Assembly (NCBI RefSeq): GCF_014280195.1
Contig: NZ_CP047960.1
Coordinates: forward strand, 240,001-272,000
Direction of reading: 5' to 3'
Source of the DNA: Synechococcus sp. A15-24
Lineage (GTDB): Bacteria > Cyanobacteriota > Cyanobacteriia > PCC-6307 > Cyanobiaceae
Length of the DNA: 32,000 bases
Shown here one piece after another: positions 25,432 through 32,000 of this stretch. The notes below the pieces were generated by a model. That model saw only the letters and a list, made by a program, of their open reading frames with translations. It was not told the origin of the DNA and searched no databases. The number at the start of each line of letters is the position of its first letter. Positions within the stretch are counted from its first letter, which is position 1. Made by a program: the position numbers and the translations under genes.

Positions 25432-26217
25432 GTGAGCCAGTCCCAGCAGCCGGTGGTGGAGATGCGGGATCTCACGATGCAGTGGGGCGCGCGGCCGGTG
25501 CTGGATCGCGTCAGTTTGGTGATGCAGCCAGGCGAGCGCCTGGCGGTGGTGGGGCCCTCTGGTGCAGGCAAATCCACGGTTTTGCGCCTGTTGGCGGGGC
25601 TGCAGCTGCCCACGAGCGGTGAATTGCGGCTGTTTGACCGACCGCAGACCTACCTGCGGTTGGACCAGACCGACCCTCCCGATGTGCGCCTGGTGTTCCA
25701 GAACCCGGCTCTGCTGGCGTCGTTGACGGTGGAGCAGAACGTCGGTTTCCTGCTGCGGGAACAGGGGCAGCTGACGCGGGAGGAGATCCGTGAGCGGGTG
25801 GAGGCCTGCCTCGAGGCGGTGGGGTTGTTTGATGTCGCCCAACAGTACCCCGGGGAATTGAGCGGTGGCATGCAGAAACGGGTCAGCTTTGCCCGGGCGC
25901 TGATTGACAACCCGCAGCGGGGAGATGAGGCGATGCCTCTGTTGCTCTATGACGAGCCCACGGCGGGGTTGGATCCTGTGGCCTGCACCCGGATTGAGGA
26001 TCTGATTGTCAAGACCACCACCGTGGCGAAGGGTTGCTCCGTGGTGGTCAGTCACGTGCGCAGCACAATCGAGCGCTCAGCAGAGCGGGTGGTGATGGTC
26101 TACGGGGGGCAGTTCCAGTGGTCGGGATCGGTGGAGGAGTTCCGCACGACCGACAACCCCTATGTCGAGCAGTTCAGGACGGGTAGCCTGCGCGGACCGA
26201 TGCAGCCCTCGCACTGA
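25432..26217 (+). CDS. ABC transporter ATP-binding protein, MlaF/TGD3-like
   Basis: Walker A GPSGAGKST, signature LSGGMQKRVSFARAL, Walker B LLLYDEPTAGLD. It is followed 5 nt later by an MCE-domain gene. GTG 25432 or ATG 25462 could be the start. Confidence 0.8.
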   Translation: MSQSQQPVVEMRDLTMQWGARPVLDRVSLVMQPGERLAVVGPSGAGKSTVLRLLAGLQLPTSGELRLFDRPQTYLRLDQTDPPDVRLVFQNPALLASLTVEQNVGFLLREQGQLTREEIRERVEACLEAVGLFDVAQQYPGELSGGMQKRVSFARALIDNPQRGDEAMPLLLYDEPTAGLDPVACTRIEDLIVKTTTVAKGCSVVVSHVRSTIERSAERVVMVYGGQFQWSGSVEEFRTTDNPYVEQFRTGSLRGPMQPSH

Positions 26218-26222
26218 TTGCC

Positions 26223-27146
26223 ATGCGACGCAGTGTTCGAGACGCGCTTGTTGGTTTCACCGTGATCGGGGGCATTGTTGGCTTTGCCGCCACGGCGATG
26301 TGGATGCGGGGCATACGGCTGGGGTCCGGCCATTGGACGGTGACGGCATCGTTCAGTGATGCCGGTGGTCTGGCGGAACGCTCGCCTGTCACTTATCGCG
26401 GCATCCTTGTGGGGTCGGTGCGATCTGTGCAGGTCACCCCTGAGGCGGTGGTGGCGGAACTGGAGATCGACAAGGGAGATCTGCTACTGGCCCTGCCGGT
26501 GACGGCCACGGTGGCCTCCGGTTCCCTGCTCGGGGGTGATGCCCAGGTGGCTCTGGTGAGTCGCGGTACCCCGCTTCCTGAGAACGCACCGCTGCCGAAG
26601 GCAGTCAGCTGCGAAGCCAGCCGTCAGCTCTGTGATGGCGCCACGATTCAGGGCCAGGAAGCCCCAAGCCTCACCACGGTGACCGAAAGCCTGCAGTTGC
26701 TGCTGTCCCAGGCCAAGGAGGCTCAGTTGGTACCCAACCTGGCCAAATCCACCAAGCAGTTCGAGCAGACCGCGATCGATGCATCGACGTTTCTCACCAA
26801 TGCGGATGCAACCTCGCAGGAGATCGACGCACTGGTGAAGCAGCTGCGGGTGGAGATCGCCAGGGCACAACCCATGATCGAGAACCTCAATGCCGCGACC
26901 GCCAATGCGGTGCAGGCGTCAGCCCATGTGAACAACATCGTGGCTGCTCTGGACAACCCCAAGGCCCTCAATGAGCTGCGTCAGACCGCAGCCAACGCTG
27001 CTGAGCTCACGGCCAAAATCGATGCAGTGGGAGGGGATGTGGCCAAACTCACCGCTGATCCGGCGTTCATGGCCGGCTTGCGCAACGTGACCATCGGTCT
27101 AGGTGAATTGTTTGCGGAGGTGTATCCCGCCAAAACCAGAAAATAG
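26223..27146 (+). CDS. MCE/MlaD-family substrate-binding protein (TGD2-like)
   Basis: N-terminal TM (ALVGFTVIGGIVGFAATAMW). MCE fold start (TVTASFSDAGGLAERSPVTYRGILVGSVRSVQV). Long helical C-terminal region. Confidence 0.75.
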   Translation: MRRSVRDALVGFTVIGGIVGFAATAMWMRGIRLGSGHWTVTASFSDAGGLAERSPVTYRGILVGSVRSVQVTPEAVVAELEIDKGDLLLALPVTATVASGSLLGGDAQVALVSRGTPLPENAPLPKAVSCEASRQLCDGATIQGQEAPSLTTVTESLQLLLSQAKEAQLVPNLAKSTKQFEQTAIDASTFLTNADATSQEIDALVKQLRVEIARAQPMIENLNAATANAVQASAHVNNIVAALDNPKALNELRQTAANAAELTAKIDAVGGDVAKLTADPAFMAGLRNVTIGLGELFAEVYPAKTRK

Positions 27147-27194
27147 GCACGATATTGCACCTATTTCAATACATTATTGAGTCAATATCGTGCC
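27146..27194. terminator. AT-rich compound hairpin between the convergent mlaD-like and chlD genes (probable chlD terminator, possibly bidirectional)
   Basis: Outer 12-bp perfect inverted repeat: GGCACGATATTG (27146-27157) with CAATATCGTGCC (27183-27194). Inner 6-bp stem: TCAATA (27166-27171) with TATTGA (27175-27180), loop CAT. On the minus strand it is followed by TATTTTCTGGTTTT. Confidence 0.55.
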
Positions 27195-27204
27195 AGTTGA
27201 AGCG

Positions 27205-29313
27205 TCAGATGTCGTTGATGGCATTCATCGCCACCGCCGCAATCGCCTGATCGCTGGCCTTGGGCAGTTGCACGTATTTGCCTCCAGCCGCTTCGGCGAG
27301 GTCCTTGCCCATGCCGCTGCCGATGAACTTGCGCTCGGTGTCGATCACCAGCAGCTTGATGCCCAGCATCCGGTAGCGGCCGGCCACGTCCAGCACCTCC
27401 TGCTTCAGGTCGGGTTTCTCCTCACCCTCCAGCTCGGGTTGGCCCAGGGAGGTGCTCAGGGGCACGTTGCCGCGACCGTCTGTGATGGCCACCACCACCA
27501 CCTGGCCGAGATCCCCCGTGGCTAGCGCATTGGCGCCGACGCGGGCCGCCTGGGTGAGGCCATGGGCCAGGGGTGAACCACCGCCGCAGGGCATCGATTC
27601 CAGCCGGCGGCGGGCGGCTGTGATCGAGCGGGTGGGGGGCAGCAACACCTCGGCCTGATCGCCGCGGAAGGGGATCAGGGCCACCTCGTCGCGATTTTCG
27701 TAAGCCTCGGTGAGCAGGCGAATCACGGCACCCTTGGCGCTCTGCATCCGGTTCAGGGCCATCGAGCCGCTGGCATCCACCAGGAACACCACCAGGGCAC
27801 CGGCCTTGCGCTGCAGCAACTTGGCGCGGAGGTCGCCTTCTTCCACGATCACTGAACGGCCTGGTTCCCGCTCTCGCCGAATCTTCTGGTAGGGCGCAGC
27901 CGCCCGCAGGGTGGCGTCCACGGCGATGCGGCGCACCGGACCGCGCGGCAGCATCGGTTTCACGTAGCGGCCGCGGCTGTCGCTGAGCACCACCGATCGG
28001 CTGCCGCTGTTGCCGCTCTTGGCCTTGGCGGCATTAAAGAGCAGCAGATCCGGATCCACCTCGATCGCCTCCGGGTCGAGCATGAACTCTTCAGGAACGG
28101 CTGGAGGGGCCTGATCCTCTTCGCCGTCACCATCGTCGTCTTCCGTGTCGTTGTCGTCGTTGCTGTCCTCAGGAGGATCGTTGTCCTCCGCATCGGAGCC
28201 TTCCGGTGGTGGGGGCGGATTGTCCTGCTGTTGATCGCCCTGGTCCTGGGGCGGTGGTGGCGGCTCCTGGTCCTGCGGCGGCGGCGGTTCCATTTGCTGG
28301 TCCGGTGGCGGCATCTGGGAGGCCCGCGGTGCGATCACCAGCGCCACGGCCACCTGCAGATCGTCGGCCTCCACGGTGTCGCGGCCGGAGAGGGCGGCAT
28401 GGGCCCGGGCCACCCGAACCGCGTAGAGCTCGGAACGATGCCCTTCCACACCGCCACGGATCGCCTCGGTGACGAGGTATTCGATCTGCTCGCGACTGAT
28501 CTGCACATCCGGCAGCCACTGGCGAGCCAGCAGCAGCTGGGTGGCCAAAGCATCGGTCTCCTCGCCCCACTTCTGAGCAAAGCTGCGGCTGCATTGGCCG
28601 TGGCTCAGCACGGCGCCGGTGATCTCCACCCGCTGCTCGGTGCTCACCAGCTGGTTGGCCGACAGCGCAATGGCGAAGCGATCGAGCAGGTGATCGCGAA
28701 CGTTGCCTTCCTCCGGGTTGTACGTGGCGATCAGAAGAGGCCTGCAGGGGTGGCTGAGGCTGAGGCCCTCCCGTTCCACCCGGTTTTCGCCGCTGCCCAC
28801 GGCCGCCAGCATCAAATTGACGATGCCGTCGTCCAGCAGGTTCAGTTCATCGACATAGAGCACGCCGCGGTGGGCATCTGCCAGCAAACCCGGCTGGAAC
28901 ATCGCGCTGCCGCTAGCCAGGGACGCGGCCACATCCACTGCGCCCACCAACCTGTCTTCGGTGATCCCCAGGGGGATCTGCACGAAGGGTGCCGGGATCA
29001 CCCTGGAGGGGGGGTCACCGCTGATGCGCTCAAGGGTGGTGGCATCCCACTCCTCAGGGTTCTGCGGATCGAGGTTGCGACCGACGCCGTTGTCGACATC
29101 GAGGATGTCGATGGGCGGCAACAGCGCGTGGAGGCCGCGGGCCAGAACGGATTTACCGGTGCCGCGCCCGCCGGCGATCACCACGCCGCCGAGGCCTGGA
29201 TCCACCGCCGCCAGCAACAGCGCCACCTTGAGCGTGCCGTGGCCGGTGATGGCGGCCAGGGGAAAGGCTCGGGTCGCCCGGTCGTCGGTCACCGCAACAC
29301 CGCTTGCCACCAT
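27205..29313 (-). CDS. chlD: Magnesium chelatase subunit D
   Basis: AAA+-like N-terminus ([45 protein letters not shown]), Pro/acidic linker, C-terminal vWA domain ([12 protein letters not shown]...[11 protein letters not shown]). Start set at ATG 29313 (MVASGVAV...); the ORF-track start at 29463 would overlap folK. Confidence 0.92.
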   Translation of the reverse strand: MVASGVAVTDDRATRAFPLAAITGHGTLKVALLLAAVDPGLGGVVIAGGRGTGKSVLARGLHALLPPIDILDVDNGVGRNLDPQNPEEWDATTLERISGDPPSRVIPAPFVQIPLGITEDRLVGAVDVAASLASGSAMFQPGLLADAHRGVLYVDELNLLDDGIVNLMLAAVGSGENRVEREGLSLSHPCRPLLIATYNPEEGNVRDHLLDRFAIALSANQLVSTEQRVEITGAVLSHGQCSRSFAQKWGEETDALATQLLLARQWLPDVQISREQIEYLVTEAIRGGVEGHRSELYAVRVARAHAALSGRDTVEADDLQVAVALVIAPRASQMPPPDQQMEPPPPQDQEPPPPPQDQGDQQQDNPPPPPEGSDAEDNDPPEDSNDDNDTEDDDGDGEEDQAPPAVPEEFMLDPEAIEVDPDLLLFNAAKAKSGNSGSRSVVLSDSRGRYVKPMLPRGPVRRIAVDATLRAAAPYQKIRREREPGRSVIVEEGDLRAKLLQRKAGALVVFLVDASGSMALNRMQSAKGAVIRLLTEAYENRDEVALIPFRGDQAEVLLPPTRSITAARRRLESMPCGGGSPLAHGLTQAARVGANALATGDLGQVVVVAITDGRGNVPLSTSLGQPELEGEEKPDLKQEVLDVAGRYRMLGIKLLVIDTERKFIGSGMGKDLAEAAGGKYVQLPKASDQAIAAVAMNAINDI
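28100..28320 (-). repeat. Low-complexity Pro/Gln/Asp/Glu linker region inside chlD, containing an imperfect 27-nt tandem duplication
   Basis: Encodes ...[79 protein letters not shown] recurs at 28240-28248 and 28267-28275, each time followed by a GGYGG-type run. Confidence 0.7.
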
Positions 29314-29351
29314 GGACGCGTTCAGCCCGCATGTGCGCGCCAGTCTCGCTG

Positions 29352-29840
29352 ATGCCCTCAACGGATGAAGCCCTGCTGGCGGTGGCCCTGGGGAGCAACC
29401 GACCCAGTGCGTTCGGAGATCCCCGCGACACCTTCCTGGCCGTGCGGCCTGTGTTGGAGGCAAACCTGGCCGCCTGGGCCGATCAGCCCCTGCGCTGCCG
29501 TTGGTCGTCCTTGCTCGACACCGCCCCGGTGGGCCCGGTGGAGCAGCCGCGCTACCTGAATGCGGTGCTGCTCGTGGAGGGCATCACGGCAAAGCCGATC
29601 GAACCGTTGGCCTTGCAGCTGCTCGACCGCCTGCATCAGCTGGAGAGGCAGTTCGGCCGGGATCGCAGCCGGGAGCAGCGCTGGGGACCCCGCAGCCTCG
29701 ATCTGGATCTGTTGTTCTGGGGAGAGCTGCGGATGGAGCATCCTCGGCTGGTGCTGCCCCATCCGCGTCTGCATTTGCGGCCCTTCGTGCTGGAGCCGCT
29801 GTTGCAGGCGATGCAGAGCCCTCACCCGCCATGCTGGTGA
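29352..29840 (+). CDS. folK: 2-amino-4-hydroxy-6-hydroxymethyldihydropteridine diphosphokinase (HPPK)
   Basis: AVALGSN...[25 protein letters not shown]...[28 protein letters not shown]...[21 protein letters not shown] 29352 chosen; earlier in-frame starts would overlap chlD head-on. Confidence 0.85.
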   Translation: MPSTDEALLAVALGSNRPSAFGDPRDTFLAVRPVLEANLAAWADQPLRCRWSSLLDTAPVGPVEQPRYLNAVLLVEGITAKPIEPLALQLLDRLHQLERQFGRDRSREQRWGPRSLDLDLLFWGELRMEHPRLVLPHPRLHLRPFVLEPLLQAMQSPHPPCW

Positions 29841-29859
29841 TCCTGTTCCTCTGATCCCC

Positions 29860-30423
29860 ATGGCGCCGCTGCCGGCACCGGAGCCTTTTGAGCTGCTGGA
29901 CACCGTTGAAGCGGTGGATGCGCGCAAGATCCGCTTCGAGCGCAACCGGATCAAATTGCCGATGGGCGTGGAGGCCACGTTCGGGATGATTCGCCACCCT
30001 GGGGCGTCCCTGGCGGTGCCGATCACAGCGGATGGCCATGTGGTGTTGCTGCGCCAGTACCGCTTCGCCGTGCAGGCGCGCTTGTTGGAATTTCCGGCCG
30101 GCACCCTGGAGGAGGGGGAGGACCCGCTGGAATCGATGCAGCGGGAACTGGGGGAAGAGGCCGGCTACAGCGCGGCCCGCTGGGATGCCTTGGGCCCGAT
30201 GCTGCCTTGCCCCGGCTATTCAGATGAGGTGATCCATTGCTTCCTGGCCCGGGAGCTGACGCCCCTGGAGAACCCGCCGGCTGGCGATGAAGACGAGGAC
30301 CTGGAGGTGGTGTTAATGACTCCTATGGATCTCGATGCGCGGCTGGGATCCGGCGATGAATGGCTCGATGGCAAAAGCGTCACCGCCTGGTATCGCGCCA
30401 AACAATTGTTAGGACTGGGATGA
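29860..30423 (+). CDS. Nudix hydrolase (ADP-ribose pyrophosphatase-like)
   Basis: Nudix box GTLEEGEDPLESMQRELGEEAGY (GX5EX7REUXEEXGU). ATG 29860 (MAPLPAPEPFELL). The ORF-track start at 29560 lies inside folK in another frame. Confidence 0.85.
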   Translation: MAPLPAPEPFELLDTVEAVDARKIRFERNRIKLPMGVEATFGMIRHPGASLAVPITADGHVVLLRQYRFAVQARLLEFPAGTLEEGEDPLESMQRELGEEAGYSAARWDALGPMLPCPGYSDEVIHCFLARELTPLENPPAGDEDEDLEVVLMTPMDLDARLGSGDEWLDGKSVTAWYRAKQLLGLG

Positions 30424-31853
30424 CTACGCCACGCGTTCTCTTCTGGCACCGGCGTGATCTCCGCCTGACGGACAACCTCGGTTTGGCTGCTGCTGCAGCG
30501 ATCAGCCCCGCCATCACTGGTGTCTATGTGCTGGATCCGCAGGTGATCTCCCCACCGGAGCATCTGCCGCCGATGGCTCCGGCTCGATTGTGGTTTCTGA
30601 TCGAGAGCCTGATTGAGCTGCAACAGCGCTGGCGGGATGCCGGCAGTCGACTGCTGGTTGTGGAGGGCGATCCTGTGCAGCTACTGCCGCAGTTGGCGGA
30701 GCAGATTGCTGCCGAGGCGGTGGTGTGGAACCGAGACGTGGAGCCCTATTCCCGTGAACGGGATCGTCAGGTGGCCCAGCGGCTGCAGTCCGATGGCCGC
30801 AAGGTGGTGGTGGATTGGGACCAGCTGCTGATTGCCCCGGAGCTGCTCAAGACCGGCGGTGGAGACCCCTATCGCGTTTATGGCCCATTCCTGCGCAACT
30901 GGCGCGGCCAGGTGCAGGCCAAACAGCCCGTCACTGTTCCAGCACCGGCGGGCCTCGTTGATCTCGATCCGGCATCCGTCCCATCGAGCGACCCCCTCAT
31001 GGCACGGCGGGACAGCCATGGTTTCAAGGGGACCGAGCTCTGCCCCTGCCGTCCCGGCGAGGCAGCGGCCATGCAGCAGCTCACCAGCTTCTGTGATGGC
31101 GCCTTGTTCGGTTACGAGCCGGACCGCAACTTCCCTGGCGTCGTCGGTACCTCGTACCTCAGTGCCGCGCTGAGCGTTGGCACCCTCAGCCCCCGCCAGG
31201 CCTGGTCTGCGGCCCAGGAGGCCCGTGGGCAGGCCCGCAGCGAAGAGCAGCTTCATGCCATTGCCGTTTGGGAGCAGGAGTTGTGCTGGCGCGAGTTCTA
31301 CCAACAGGCTCTGTTTCATTTCCCCGAATTGGCGGATGGTCCCTACCGCGAGCAGTGGCGCCGCTTCCCCTGGGAGAACAACGAAGACTGGTTCGATTTC
31401 TGGAGGGAGGGTCAGACCGGCATGCCGATCATTGACGCTGCCATGCGCCAGCTGAACCAGACCGGTTGGATGCACAACCGCTGCCGCATGATCGTGGCCT
31501 CTTATCTGGTGAAGGATCTGATCTGCGACTGGCGCTGGGGGGAGCGCTCCTTCATGGAACTGGAGGTGGATGGCGATCTGGCCGCCAACAACGGCGGCTG
31601 GCAGTGGAGTGCCAGCAGTGGCATGGACCCCAAGCCCCTGCGGATCTTCAACCCCGCCACCCAGGCCTCAAAGTTCGATGCAACCGGCGATTACATCCGC
31701 CAGTGGGTACCGGAACTGCGCCATGTGAACACCAAGGATCTGCTCGGTGGTGACATCGGTGCTCTTGAACGGCGCGACTATCCCGAACCACTGGTGAATC
31801 ACAAGACTCAGCAGGCCAAATTCAAGGCGCTCTACGCAACCATCCGCTCCTGA
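30420..31853 (+). CDS. phr: Deoxyribodipyrimidine (CPD) photolyase, class I
   Basis: VLFWHRRDLRLTDNLGL; GQTGMPIIDAAMRQLNQTGWMHNRCRMIVASYL; DGDLAANNGGWQW. ATG 30420 lies in an ATGA overlap with the nudix stop. Confidence 0.92.
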   Translation: MTTPRVLFWHRRDLRLTDNLGLAAAAAISPAITGVYVLDPQVISPPEHLPPMAPARLWFLIESLIELQQRWRDAGSRLLVVEGDPVQLLPQLAEQIAAEAVVWNRDVEPYSRERDRQVAQRLQSDGRKVVVDWDQLLIAPELLKTGGGDPYRVYGPFLRNWRGQVQAKQPVTVPAPAGLVDLDPASVPSSDPLMARRDSHGFKGTELCPCRPGEAAAMQQLTSFCDGALFGYEPDRNFPGVVGTSYLSAALSVGTLSPRQAWSAAQEARGQARSEEQLHAIAVWEQELCWREFYQQALFHFPELADGPYREQWRRFPWENNEDWFDFWREGQTGMPIIDAAMRQLNQTGWMHNRCRMIVASYLVKDLICDWRWGERSFMELEVDGDLAANNGGWQWSASSGMDPKPLRIFNPATQASKFDATGDYIRQWVPELRHVNTKDLLGGDIGALERRDYPEPLVNHKTQQAKFKALYATIRS

Positions 31854-32000
31854 CCGCCCGCTACCGGCAACGGTGTGGGTCTGGATCGCTCCAGTAATTG
31901 CGTCACGGTGTCGATCACGGTTTGCTGCTGCTCCTGTTCCAATTCCGGGAAGATCGGCAGGCTCAGAACCTGGCTGCAGAGCTGCTCTGTCACGGGAAGG
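31832..32000 (-). CDS. DegT/DnrJ/EryC1/StrS-family aminotransferase, C-terminal 55 codons (5' end outside window)
   Basis: Manual translation of the minus strand gives LPVTEQLCSQVLSLPIFPELEQEQQQTVIDTVTQLLERSRPTPLPVAGGQERMVA*. The LPxTE...VLSLP(I/M)(F/H)PxL..E....V pattern is the typical tail of this family. TAG at 31832-31834 lies inside the phr 3' end. Confidence 0.55.
   Translation of the reverse strand, partial: LPVTEQLCSQVLSLPIFPELEQEQQQTVIDTVTQLLERSRPTPLPVAGGQERMVA

Noticed and set aside
25278-25613. 112-codon N-terminal extension of the yvcK-like ORF. Analogous extensions occur for chlD (29314..29463), nudix (29560..29859), phr (30360..30419), ndhC (22101..22289), selD (7888..7944), the epimerase (18852..18878) and ndhK (22643..22654)
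   Set aside because: The extensions overlap neighbouring genes or divergent promoter regions, lack family-typical sequence, and each contains a downstream start that reproduces the conserved N-terminus or a stop/start overlap.
28231-29352. 373-aa ORF antisense to chlD. Similar cases are 24492..25376 (antisense to the yvcK-like gene), 1781..2599, 6019..6861, 7427..8062 and 30681..31475
   Set aside because: All lie within well-supported genes on the opposite strand and translate to low-complexity sequence. I treat them as GC artefacts.
1-32000. Search for CRISPR arrays, transposases, integrases, phage genes, toxin-antitoxin pairs and restriction-modification or other defence genes
   Set aside because: I saw no direct-repeat array and no ORF with the corresponding motifs. 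Every sizeable ORF is accounted for by metabolic, envelope, photosynthetic or transport functions.

Overview
High-GC cyanobacterial chromosome segment, most consistent with a marine Synechococcus-type picocyanobacterium: it has a psbEFLJ operon with a 66-aa N-terminally extended PsbJ, rubA-ycf48, ndhCKJ and chlD. I saw no rRNA, tRNA, CRISPR array, transposase or integrase. About 33 protein-coding genes are supportable. From left to right they are: (i) katG 3' end. (ii) A cell-envelope glycan block with a sulfotransferase, kdsC, kdsD/kpsF, a CCA/poly(A)-polymerase-family gene ATGA-coupled to a GT39/ArnT-like membrane glycosyltransferase, an oxidoreductase-selD fusion and galE. (iii) A tightly coupled four-gene module: degenerate parvulin-like protein, ABC exporter with an N-terminal cNMP-binding-like domain plus a C39-like domain, HlyD adaptor and GT4 glycosyltransferase. 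(iv) hisS. (v) A uxs-ugd-UDP-GlcA 4-epimerase operon. (vi) psbEFLJ, ycf48 and rubA, divergent from ndhCKJ. (vii) A membrane-anchored YvcK/CofD-like gene. (viii) An MlaF/MlaD-like (TGD3/TGD2-like) pair. (ix) chlD. (x) folK-nudix-photolyase, and the 3' end of a DegT-type aminotransferase. The best candidate for an undescribed system is the four-gene secretion module at 9008-15130. By hand alignment, all three of its accessory domains (parvulin, cNMP-binding, C39) appear to lack their canonical catalytic or ligand-binding residues. No cargo gene and no outer-membrane component lie in the window. psbF and psbL are absent from the supplied ORF track and were recovered by manual translation. Many long ORFs in the track are antisense or N-terminal-extension artefacts of the high GC content. 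All functional calls rest on motif recognition by eye; no database search was run.
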